NCBI RefSeq assembly: GCF_009834535.1
Contig: NC_045697.1
Coordinates: forward strand, 104,100,001-104,164,000
Direction: 5' to 3'
Source of the DNA: Camelus ferus
Taxonomy: Eukaryota
DNA: 64,000 nucleotides
Positions within the stretch are counted from its first letter, which is position 1, and every line of letters starts with the position of its first letter. The notes under the pieces were generated by a model, which saw only the letters and a program-made list of their open reading frames with translations, made no database searches and was not told where the DNA came from. The translations under genes were made by a program, and so were the position numbers. Shown one piece after another: positions 42,661 through 54,066 of the stretch.

Positions 42661-44963
42661 GATGACAAAGGGTGATTCTGGGACTAGACAAAGAACACAC
42701 TATAGGATATCAAAGCTAGTGGACATGAATTTTGTAAGTATACATTTCTACTATCATCTTAGAGAAGAATAAGCAGCATAAAGAGGAATTTGAGGATACA
42801 TCTTAGACACTGCTTTTGCCTGATTGAAATTTGATTCATCAGTTTCTCCCCATTACATCTTTGGATACTGAGGATCTGTGATGCACTAGTCTGATCATTT
42901 TATAATGCTACCGGATAGGGAGCCAAACTCAAAATCTGTCTTCCGTGGTCAGTTCCACCCTACCATCTTGGTCTCCTCTAACTTTTCCTAGACTTCTAGG
43001 CTGTATCTCACAGTACAATCAGCACTCTTTCATTCCATATTTATTTCCTGCTTGAATGTCTCATTGCCTCAAGTGGAGACAAGGATGAGACCAAGTATTT
43101 TACAATAAAATAACATTGTTTTTCCCTCTGTGAAAAAGCTACTATTAGGCACATAATAAATGCTTGTTGACCAATTTTTTTTTTTTTTTTTTTTTTACAG
43201 TTGGATGGCTAATGAAAAGTTTCATGCAGCAATTCCTTAGCTAACAGAATATGCATAATTCCTCACGGCAGCTGCTGGGTATTGCTAGGAGATGCTGAAA
43301 TCAATTTTCTCCTTTACATGCTATTCAATTAGTTTGTTTGGGACAAGGTCTAGAATGCATGATCAGTCAAAAGCTTAATAGTGAGCTAATACAAGTTCCC
43401 TTTCCTACTAAGGTTTGCACCTACTATCTTAGGGAAAGAGCTTTGGTCTAAAAAAGTATTCAAGCACAAGAAGCTTTAAAGAGAATGCAATAGTAAGGAC
43501 TGAGAATTACCCAGTGCTACTTGTTTTCTGTAGCATAATAGGGATTTGAAATCAATTTGGTAATATCCTTAGTGAAAAAAAAATTTGTTAAGAGAACACT
43601 CATCAGCATAGCTTATTTTGCATTGTCTTAGAACAATGTTTTCTTCAGTGCAGACTGAAAGCTAAGCAGATTTTAAGTATATGGATGTCTAGTTTGTTAA
43701 TATATGTGAAGCATAGGTTTCATTTCAAATTTAATTCCTAATTCTTAAGCCAATTAGAGCTATTTGGATGTCATTATATATAAGTCAGAATGCAAATATC
43801 ACTCATATACATTTTTATTTTAAGAAGGAATTATATCATCAGACAAAATTGACCTTTAATTTATCCAACAGGTTACCATGGAAAATTAATAAATTAGCAA
43901 TTTAAATAACCTTTAAAACCAACAGTCCCAAATACTACACTAGGTAGCCAACAGAGCTCCAAGGAAGACAGTGATTATAATTACTATAAAATTTTGTCAC
44001 TCTATAAAATAAAGTAGCTACTGACAGAATGAACTATTCCATTTTTCCATGTTAAATATAAATTGACAAAGATCATATCTAACAAAAAGAAATGTATCTC
44101 AAGAGATTTAGAATTTTAGACTGTTTGAAAACTTACACCAAAAATATTACTAGGAATACTTTTTCAGTGGAATCCCATAGCATTAGACAGTACTAATAGA
44201 GACAATCTTTGTAAAGCTTTTATTGTATAAAATATGTTAATTGAATCATTTAATGAACTCTGTAAGATGCACGTGCATATACAAGATTTCTATTTGTCAA
44301 TGCTTACGTCTAAAAATCTGATAACAGAGTCACAAAGTCTATAGGTAAGAAATATTAAATCTTTTTAGCTATTATTCTAGGTTTCTATTTATTTCTCACT
44401 AACCTACGTGGATTTTCATACTGTTTTTACTCAGACCGTAAATTAGGTTCTAACTAGCAGTAAAATGGCAAAGTTTCCATTGTTCATTAAAAAACAATAA
44501 ATCCAGACAATTTAAAATTATTTTTAAATTGGCCAGTAAACTATGTTCCATTAATTCTTTTTGTGGGTTCTTGGTGAAGGAAAGAATATAAAGATTTTTT
44601 TTTTAATCACCAGGAAAAATAAGATATATGAATCTCTTAAAGCTTTTTTTCTCCCTGATGGAGGCAATACATCTTAAAAATGGAAGTTATTAAGCAGTTA
44701 ATGGCAAAGACTTAACTAAAATATTGCCAATATGATGGTATAATATCTTGGTAAATACGAGAATTTTGAAAGTCATAAAATTAAAGACTTTGATATGTGT
44801 AAGATCAATAGACATGACTTATCACTATTAATATAAGCTTTAATTTTTAAGTGCCATGTTCCAATGAAAAAGTGAACTGCACAGGAAAACTGAAATTTCA
44901 ATAAAGAATCCAGACAAAAGAAACAAACTTTCTATTAAAGTACCGTTAAAAGGTTATACTTAC

Positions 44964-45047
44964 GCGGCAACCTCCTCTTTTGACAATCCTTTGAAATTCA
45001 CCTCCAGATAATGGTCTATGTCATCTTTTTCTTTGATCAGTTGAGAC
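44964..45047 (-). CDS. TTC29: TTC29 second coding exon (84 nt, c.93-176)
   Basis: Read by hand, not in the ORF track: (R)SQLIKEKDDIDHYLEVNFKGLSKEEVA(A). Acceptor ttcatttAG, donor GC|GTaagt. Phase 2 in and out, fits both neighbours. Confidence 0.96.
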
Positions 45048-46882
45048 CTAAATGAAATGGAAAGAAATAATAAAGCACTGCCTCATCGAGTTGAAAATCT
45101 ACCAAACATATAAAATGCCACCAGGAGAATAGAAATATTCAGGGTATAATACCATCGATAATAAATGTTCTGCAATAGCTATAGAGTTAGGTTGTTGATT
45201 GACAATTTCAAATTTTTAATCTTCTTGAATGGAGAGAGACAGGGAAGAATACCAAACTCAGTGTGTAAACAAACACAGTACCAACACATGAAAATAATCT
45301 GCGTTTTTAAAATAAATGGAGTTTTCCCCTCAAAGCTTATAAAATCTTCCATTTTATTCATGTTCTCTCCCAGTATAACTTTCCAACTACACAAGTTATA
45401 TTCTGCTGGGCACAGGATCTTGAACTGAGAATACCTATTTGATACAAATGTGTTAAATTATTGGTTGCAAACATTATGAAATTTTGCTCTGAAATGCTGT
45501 TTGAGTAGGTTTTTTGAATCACACATAAACTCAAATTATTACTAGAAGTTCAAGATGCAAAGTGACTTTAAGAAGAGTTTACTGAGAAATATATCACACA
45601 TGTAGTGTATTCAATTCTTTGCACCCTTTGCACCTTTAAAAATAAACACACTGTTAATATCTCATGACAGTGGGAGTATGGGATACACAAATACCTATTT
45701 TTATTCAGAAGCTAATGAAGAATGTTGATACAAAATGTTGCCCTAAATGGTTGTGATAAAAATGTTTTCCTTGAACAAAATGAATGCAAAAATGTTTTTC
45801 TTTAAAATCTATCTTATTTTAGGGATATGGGATTGGATTAAGTGTTTGCTTATGTTGAAAAGAAAATGTAATCTCAGTCATTACAAAAGACAGGAAGAAC
45901 AAGCTTTTTCAGATTTTGTAAATATTTCACATTATTCAAAAGTAAAATGGAAGATAAGAATGTATATACCAGAATTATGGATCTATCGAAAATTTTCTGT
46001 TTTTCAAATTACTTGAAAAGAAAACACAGTTCTCTACAATTCTATTTTTTCAATTTCTACAATTTTCAATTCTATTTCAAAAGAGTTTTTATGGTAGTTT
46101 AGCTGAATGTATTTATTTTGGCCCAGGGGTTTGGGTCTTTCCCAGAAATACCAAAAAATGAGGTAGGAGCCTTCTCAGAACAAAGTAGTCTCGTAATACT
46201 TTGATCATTACACCTTGCAGGAACTGAAAGGTATGCATAAAAAATAAACAAACCTACAAATTCAAATTATTTATACTGATAAAAATCAATCAATAAAGCT
46301 GTAAGTGGAAATTTCTAAATAACACAATCTTAGTTAACATTCATAATTACGACAATGTACATCGAATTCCTGCCCGCTAGTTTCTCGACAACAACTCCAG
46401 AAGCTCAGCAGCCATTCACAGGCAGCAGTGGTTTGATGATGCATTTTCAAGCCCCAGGATCATTCCAGGAGCTAAACTATGCCTGCCAATTTACCCTGGT
46501 ATTAATTCTGTGCCACCCTTCCTCCAAAACAAAAATCAGTGCTCGAGACCTTGCGGTTTCTTTTTTAAAGCTTCTGCTTTTAATTCTCTACACACATTTT
46601 AAAAAGGAAATAGATTTCCAAAGCTTTATGGGAACCACTTTATAATGGTAATAGGGAACAAAATGATCAAATGAGCACTAGCTTGCTAAATAATTATAGT
46701 CTTAATCTTTGAATGAGGTTCAGCAATCCTTTTGAAATGGCAAATTTGAATATTCTGAATATAACAATATACTTTTGTCTTTAAACAATGTTGTTTTCTG
46801 AGATATGCTATTGACATTTCTTATGGCAAGAAATTCATTCTGTAGGGAAAAAAAAAAAAAAATGAAAGCCAGGGTCTCGTAC

Positions 46883-46974
46883 CTGGGAATATCTCTGGAG
46901 GAACACGGCAGCTTCTGTCGGGCCAAGGCCGTGAGCTTTGGGCGTGCCATGGGCAGTGGAGGCAGGGTGGTCAT
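46883..46974 (-). CDS. TTC29: TTC29 first coding exon (exon spans 46883-46980, 6 nt of 5'UTR), aa 1-31
   Basis: ATG at 46974 gives MTTLPPLPMARPKLTALARQKLPCSSRDIPR, recognised as the TTC29 N-terminus. Acceptor tttttggtAG at 46981-46982, donor AG|GTacga at 46881-46882. 92 coding nt, phase 2. Confidence 0.96.
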
Positions 46975-47499
46975 TCTGGACTACCAAAAAAATAAACAGA
47001 AACGGCATTTTAAAGAATAAAACTTTCAAAGAGTCTTTTAAGACATTATTAGTGATCCATAGTGAGTCATCTGAGCTGAGAATGCCCCTGCGTGTGGAAC
47101 TGTAGCTCTGGTGTTCGGGAATAAAGCTCGGTGAGTGAATTCTGCAGGTAGCTTCCCTCATTATTTTCTTCTCCTCTCTGCCTTTCGGCCAATTTATTAC
47201 TTATCTGCATCTCCACCAGCAAGTCGATAAAGGAGAAAATCTGATAAATGAACTGAAGATTCAGACAATTCGGAGCTTTGGTATGAGTTTTGTTAATGGA
47301 GCTGGTTGCAATTAAAGAGTGAAGATTTTTAGAGCAGCTGTGGATTTCAAATACTCACACTTTGCTTTCCTGTTATTATTAATAATTAAAAACTGTTCAT
47401 ACTTTGCTGTTTTCTAAAAACTTTCTCACTCATAAAGGCTTCGAAGTGCTAAACGCTAACAACGATCTCAACAACGTGCCCTGAGAGAGCACGTGACTC

Positions 47500-48094
47500 T
47501 AATAATGTATAAATCACCTAAAAATGCAGTGGTTTAAAAAAGATTGTTTAAAACAGCAATCATTACATTATCTTTCACACTTTACACAGGTCAGGAATTA
47601 GAAGACACAACGGGGATGGCTTTTCTCTACTCCACGAAGACTGGGGCCTCTGCCGGGAAGACTCAGAAGCTTGGAGGTAACTGAATGGTGGGAAACAGGA
47701 ATCATCTGTAAGTATCTTCACTTATGTATCTGGAGGTTGATGCTAACCATTAGCTGGGGCCTCAACTGGGGCTGCCTGCCAGGACGTACACGCGACCTCC
47801 TCACATGGCTTAGACTTCCTCACAGCTTGGAAGCCCCAGACTTCTTAAGTGCAAATCAGGGCTCCAGAGGCAAGTACCCAAAGAAAAGCCAGGTTGAAGC
47901 TGTATTCCCTTATAAGGTCTGGCTTTGGAAGTCACATAGCATCTCTTCCACTGTAAAAATAGGCCTGCCCAGATTTAAGGCTAATGAACATAGACACTTC
48001 TGTTGATGGGAACACATCAAAGTCACACTGTAGGAGGAACATGTGGGATGGAAAATATTGTTGTGGCCATCTTTGGGAAATGCACTGTGTCACA
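47500..48094 (-). mobile_element. MaLR LTR (MLT1F/G/H-like)
   Basis: ggtcaggaatt..., ctggggcctctgccgggaagactc, terminal tggccatctttgggaaatgcactgtgtcaca. Confidence 0.7.
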
Positions 48095-49603
48095 GTGGAC
48101 AAAGTAAGAACAATAATGAAAGTGGGTCTATAAAATCAAGTTATCGAAAACTTACTGCAAAGAGGAAGAGGTGTGGGCATGATGCTGGTGGACTTAGAAC
48201 AGAAAAATTGTCACACTTTGCAAGGGCTTTCAGATGCAAAAGAACCCACCTTCTATGTGTTAGAGAGGCATCCAAAAGGCCAGGGCCTCTTGATTCCACC
48301 AGCACCATGTCCGCCAGATTTGACCTCTGCCATTAGTCTCACAAGCACCTGGAAGGCTTGTTTCAGGTTTTAAATCACCTACGTCTAGTAGTTTCTAGCT
48401 CTGGGACCTAGGGAAAATCACCATCAATCTGAGCTTTAAATATATTCAACACATATTTATTAAGCTACTATTTGGTGCCAGTTACTGTTCTAGGTGCTGA
48501 AGATGCAGCAGTGAAGAAAAAGACAAAAACCTCTGGCCTCACAGAATTTACATTATAGGATGGATGTGGTGGGGAAACAGACAATACCCAAATAAGCAAA
48601 ATACATACAAGATGAGATTACGATAGGATCAATAGCTAAAAATACATCGTTTGAAATTCAGTGTAGAAAGGGATAGTCTTCTGTTTCTGAAAAAAAGATT
48701 ATTACCCCAGCCTGGAAATAATTATTTGCATAATTAAAGAGAAAATTCTAATGGACATCAAGGTCATACTTTAGATTTAATACAATATGAATATTATTAC
48801 CTAGATTATCAGAGCATGATATGATCCACGAAACATTAGGTCTACTTATTTTTATACAGTTATAGCTTTAAACCACCCAGTCCAAACAGCTAATGTTAGT
48901 CCTTTCCTCCAAAATAATTAGAAACATAATGTTTTATTCATCATAACTTTATAATATAGTGACTTAATTCTTTTGTATTTAAAAAATCAATTTTCTGATC
49001 AGATATTATATCAAACCGTTCAGTTAACTGCTTAACCAGAACTTACTAAATGGCAAAATGTTGTGCAGAACATGTGGTAAGAAGTTGTAACTAATATAGG
49101 GTTAGATCTTCTCATGCACAGGTTTGAGGGGGCAGCAAAGGCTCCCTGGACCTACCTCTCATGGGCCTATGTCAGACAACTGTGAAGACTCTGTGTTCCA
49201 GAGCCCTCTAATGTTATGGAGCAAATCTGAGCCATCTCAGTTCTTAACCCAGACCTGTCTGTCCCTATGGATTTTGGAAGGGAGAGAAAACAATGCCTGT
49301 GCTTGCTTCAGTCCAGGGGTTCCTTCCTTGACCAATTAAGACTCTGTTCTGAGAATCCCCACTTTGCTTGACAAGGGCACTGAGGCAAGGGTGATCTCTG
49401 CATAACTGCAGAGACCTTTGAAAGGTTCCCCAAGGAACTTCAAAAGGTGAAAAAAGTAATTTTTCCAAATACTAGGAAGACCCACCCAGTGACTTGTACA
49501 CAGACACAGGGAGACCGAACTCCAAAAACTCTGACCTAGCACCCCCAAACTGATCCAGCTGGTGATTTAAAATTTATCCTTACCCAGGCGGGGGCATGGA
49601 GGC

Positions 49604-49690
49604 AAGAGTAATAGCTCAGTGGTAGAGCACATGCTTAGTATGCATGAGGTCCTGGGTTCAATTCCCAGTACCTCCATCAAAAAAAAAAAA
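49604..49690 (+). mobile_element. tRNA-Ala-derived short SINE / tRNA retropseudogene (camelid-type)
   Basis: ATAGCTCAGTGGTAGAGCACATGCTTAGTATGCATGAGGTCCTGGGTTCAATTCCCAGTACCTCCA follows tRNA-Ala(AGC). A box 49612-49622, B box 49655-49665, then an A12 tail. The 5' acceptor stem is degraded. Confidence 0.85.
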
Positions 49691-51752
49691 GTCCTTATTG
49701 ATGTTCACTTGGGTTAGACTCTTTTTGCAAGAAAATAAAAGCATCTAATGAAATCATATGCAAATGTGATACACGGAGAGGAACACATCTCCTTTGTTAC
49801 GCAGATCAACTGCGATTTTTTTTTTTTTTTCCAAAATCTGAGTCAACGTTTCCAACCATTAAAGTTTCAGCTGCCAGTTCCTTCATTTTGCTCTCCTCTG
49901 ATCTGAGAACATTAGCAGCAGGAGCACCTTTACTCTTAAATTTAGTTTAATGTAAGTATTGCAAGCCCTGCTGGCAAGCCTCAAGGCACAGCTCTGAATG
50001 GGGGGTGGTCAGAGCTGAATGATAAAGTGGAAAAAAAGTTGTTAACTGCGTGGCAGAAAAAAATAGCCCTTAACCCATCTATGGTGGAAGTTTAAGCTCA
50101 GAGTTAGGGTGGAAGTTGACAGGCTCGCTTGCTATTCTAAACCCTACATCCTCCCTGCCTTTGCCCATTGGGAAAGAGGGTTTTTGTTTTTCACAATCAA
50201 TACACGGCTACATGAAGGCATTTTGTTTTACACAATAGGTAATGTGTGAACTGAGCTTTATGACACATATAATATTTCAAATGCATCATCAAAGACGTAA
50301 AGGGATACAGTGACAATTTATTTTCTTATCTAAGTAACCACCATATCTTTTATGTTCTATTAAGTTCAGTCTCATTTATTCTGAATTTTCTTAAAGTGGG
50401 AAGTAGCTGCATCCTAGCGTCTAGCAGGGGAAATAAGTGAGGAAAAAATGCAGGTATGCTTAGGCACCTATCATTTCAGGCTGAAATTATACCTGTTGCG
50501 TGAAAAAAACCTTTTGCAGTTTGTTAAGGTGAGTTGTATCACTTCCCTGGTTTGATCCAGTGTTCCCAGCTCCTGGGTGAGCTCCAGCCAGGAGGAACAG
50601 GACTAGTGCTGGGGGTGACTGATCTAGGGGTGACTGATCCAGGTCTGAAGCAGAAATGGAACACAACATCCTCAACAGTGACACTTCATCAGGGTTCTCT
50701 TAGCTCAACGCCACGGAGGAAATCGCACAAGATGAGTGCGGCTGCAGGAAGGGGAACGGTTCAGATTCAGGTGCGTAAGGGAGGATGATGAGAGGCACTT
50801 CTCTGGCTGGTACCAAAATGAGTGGAGCCCCAGGAGGTCAGGGTGAAGCTGTCTGTTAGGGAACCCAGAGGCAGCGCCCCTAGTGCTACCAAATGGGCAG
50901 TGCTACTTTGTGGCACCACAGGTGCTGAGACAAAGATCAAAAGGCTGCCTGAAGCCATTCCACTGTTGGTATTCAGGAGAGATTGGGTGGAATTCTTTGA
51001 TCTCCTGGTTGGCGCCGGTATCACAGTTACAGTCTCTAAGTTTGGCCCCCACCCCCCACGTGCAAAGACAAATGAGAATGGAGAAACACAGGATGAAAGG
51101 TTTGAGAGGGGTGCATCAGGCTGAATGTGTCCGATGGTGTGAGTTTAAGTTTCTGGCCCCCAAGTAAAATTCTTCAAAGAGTAACCCCCTTGCCCACGAT
51201 CCCCAGAGATACCCTCATCAGGAAATACAAAGGAAGGGGAGGCCGAGAGTTGTATAGACAGAGGCTACTTGGGGAGTGACTATGTCTGAGGCTGACCACT
51301 GTCTCCAGAATTCAGTCAGTTTGGGGTAAAAGCTGATATGTGAGAAATCAATAAACCACAGCAAGCAAATGTATCATGTGTCATCAAGAAATTTCAAAAT
51401 GAATACGTTTTTACTATCAACAAAATCACTTGTAAGAATTAGATCTTTTCATATTATCATAAGCTCTTTTACTATGAAAGTTTAAAGAAAACTACAGAAG
51501 AAATATCAATAATTTGCTCCTGAAAAGAGTAAAAGAAAATCACATAAAATAATGAATAGAATCAGTAAATGTTTATCCCTTGTATCATAATTTTTGGACA
51601 TTTCTAGCACTCCGTGGTAGGTAATTAGGTAGGTTGTTAAATAAAATAAATAGAAATCACACATTTCCTACTAACTGACTTTACGAATGATTAAATCAAA
51701 ATTTAAAGCAGGAAACAGTGTTTGAAGACAGGCCACGTTTCACTCGACTTAC

Positions 51753-51799
51753 ATTTGGAGATTACTGCTGAAGGTCTCTCCAGGCTTACAGACTTCAGC
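51753..51799 (-). other. TTC29: Probable TTC29 non-coding exon 2 (47 nt)
   Basis: Long minus-strand pyrimidine-rich tract ending cccgatttttAG (51800-51801) and strong donor AAAT|GTaagt (51751-51752), located between the CpG island and the ATG exon. No transcript evidence. Confidence 0.6.
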
Positions 51800-52249
51800 C
51801 TAAAAATCGGGAAGCAAAGAATAGTAGCAAAAGAGAGGAGAGAAAAGTTAAAAATTGGTTAAGAGAATAACCCCTTCCTGCTCCAAATCATAGAATAAGA
51901 TTTATTCATAAAACAAACACCAGGTACTTACTACGTATTTAGGGGGAAAAAAAACGCTGTAATAGCTGAAATATTATGTCAATGATTAAAGAAGCAAACC
52001 ATAAAAAAAAAAGTCCCAAAGTATAGCTCCTATAGGAGAAACTAATCGCTAATTCAATGAAAGGCCAATACATCTAAAATATGTATATGTAGTGACAGAT
52101 TCTCATACAAACGTGACTAAGGGACCATTTGATCTCTCAAACGGGGTTATCTACCACAACTGAGAGCACCCCAGCTCCTTTTGTGCTGCTACTTAGTTCT
52201 GAACAGGACTAATCGATTTATTGCTACTCCTGTTTATTTTTCCCACTGC

Positions 52250-52790
52250 CCTCACAGCGTGAACTGGGCGGCGGGCAGGTAGAGAGCCTTTCCCGGCTCC
52301 TCCTATTTATTTCTTGAGGTAAAAGGTGAGGGCCTTGGCTCAGGAAGCTTGACTCTCTAGCCGTCTGCTGAGGAAGGTCTGTGGGGTCCGAAGAGGGACC
52401 GCCTGGAAGAACAACCCGTCTCTTCCAGGACTTTGTCACGAACCTCGATGGACTAGCCCTGGGGAACAGCTCTGGTTTTCCGTTCCGCCGAAGTGCGTCC
52501 CCCACCGGTGGCACGACCCGGGCGCCGGCGCTGCCGGGTGTTTCCGCGCTGGTTCAGAGACCCCGCGCAGCCCACGCAGCCCGCGCTGAGAGGACGCGAG
52601 AGCGTCTCCAGGGATACAGAGGGGGAGGGGCGGGAGGGCAGGGGCGGGGTTAGGCTAAACCGGGGCTCCGGATTGGGGCAGCTTCCAGGCTCCTGGGCGC
52701 GGGGGCGGAGCCTGGAGGGGGCGGAGCCTCTTGGGGCTGGGCGGAGTCTCCAGATCTAGCAGGTTTTTCCCGCCAGACCGCTCTCAGAAG
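52250..52790 (-). promoter_or_regulatory. CpG-island promoter of TTC29 with Sp/KLF GC boxes and an RFX X-box-like site
   Basis: The only clear GC- and CpG-rich island outside the retrocopy. GGGCGG boxes near 52628, 52643, 52703, 52719 and 52739. GTCTCCAGGGATAC at 52604-52617. About 5.6 kb upstream of the ATG. Confidence 0.85.
52506..52615 (-). other. TTC29: Probable TTC29 non-coding exon 1 (start approximate)
   Basis: CpG-dense stretch just downstream (minus sense) of the GC-box cluster, with candidate donor ACCG|GTgggg at 52504-52505. TSS inferred only. Confidence 0.4.
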
Positions 52791-53950
52791 TTAGACTGCT
52801 TTCAGAAATTAGTTCACCTAACCCAAGGGCCTCAAGTTTGCCGCCCTGAATCATTTCCTTCATGGCACTGCATTCTCAATATTTTGCAACATTTCCCTGT
52901 CGTCCACTGATTGATGAAAAAATACTCACCTTGGCATTCAAAACACCCAAGACCCTAAGCCACTTGTTCATGCTGGAGAAATCATTCATTCTCATCTTCC
53001 TCAGCCTCTGTGGCAGTCAGAACCATCTCCCTGCCCCACGTAAACACTTTTCCCAATCCTGTCTCCAGAGAGATAATCCAAGTTTGAGTTGTGGTGAGCT
53101 AAAAACTCAAGGTGTTTTTCACACTCTCCCTGCGTCCTGTCTTTATATATATTTAAATTTTTACCCCAAACTCCGGATTTTATGTTTGCAACGACTTAAC
53201 GCCAGTCTCATTAATCCCAGCCTACGATTCCATCCCTTCTCTCACATGCAAGTGTAAGGACGTGAGCGTCTTTGCTCATTGTCTGGTACAGATGGAGGGA
53301 AAAAGTGAGACTTGCTGCTTACTACTCCTCAAATACAGATGTGCTGGAAAGTGGGGCTTTTATTCATGCCTACTGTCACAGCCTGTAGGAGAGTGAGCTA
53401 GCAATACTGTTCACGCCAGTCATTCTATTAACCAAAAATCGATTCTGTTCAGAGTACAAACGTAACAACCATAACCACACTTTCATTCCAACATCCAATT
53501 TGCTGCAATAAATTGCTAAATGATTTCCACAGAGGAAGGGCACATTACATATTCAATTGATCACTGTGACTACCTGTGACTGGGCTCTCCGTGATCTCTC
53601 ACATCAGTAAGGTCCATTCTGTTCTCATGAACTAATTTCTCACTTTCCAGCAGCTCCTTAACACAACTCCACTGTGACCTGTGTGAATTCTGTTCCAGTG
53701 CTCCTTGCCTTTTCAGCTTTGAGGTCTGTGAATTCCATGCACCTTCCTTTATGCATCAGTGCTACAGATGTCAATCAATATTTAAGAAAGAAGAACTAGA
53801 TGTCTGGTCTGAGTTTCTTTTATTTGTTGTCTAAACAGGACTGTTTTTCTCCAAGTTTCCTCCCCAAGGGAGAATTTTCATAGTGAATGAGGCAGGCAAG
53901 TCACGTCTCCTTGAGTTTCTTTTAGGGTTAGAGCTTAGGGAACCAGCTGT

Positions 53951-54066
53951 CATGAGTGAGATTGCTAGGTCATATGGTAGTTCTATTTTTAGTTTTTTGA
54001 GAACTTCCATAATGACTGTACCAATTTGCATTCCCATCAACAATGTACAAGGGTTCCCTTTTCACC
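53951..54066 (-). mobile_element. Isolated internal L1 ORF2 fragment
   Basis: Encodes [26 protein letters not shown] (ORF2 C-terminal region). No tail or TSD seen. Confidence 0.85.

Noticed and set aside
44962..44963. Donor equivalent to human TTC29 c.176+1, which I recall as a site of male-infertility mutation
   Set aside because: The GT is intact here and all four coding exons are open, so there is no sign of gene loss.
49604..49676. Functional tRNA-Ala gene
   Set aside because: Degraded acceptor stem, altered anticodon, and an A tail instead of a T-run terminator indicate a retroposed copy.
50487..51320. GC-richer block with several 65-100 aa ORFs and a 15-bp duplication (50612-50641)
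   Set aside because: No recognisable protein or consistent splice signals. Possibly an old LTR-type remnant I cannot name.
52224..52759. Overlapping Arg/Gly/Pro-rich ORFs
   Set aside because: Expected by chance in a CpG island where stop codons are rare.
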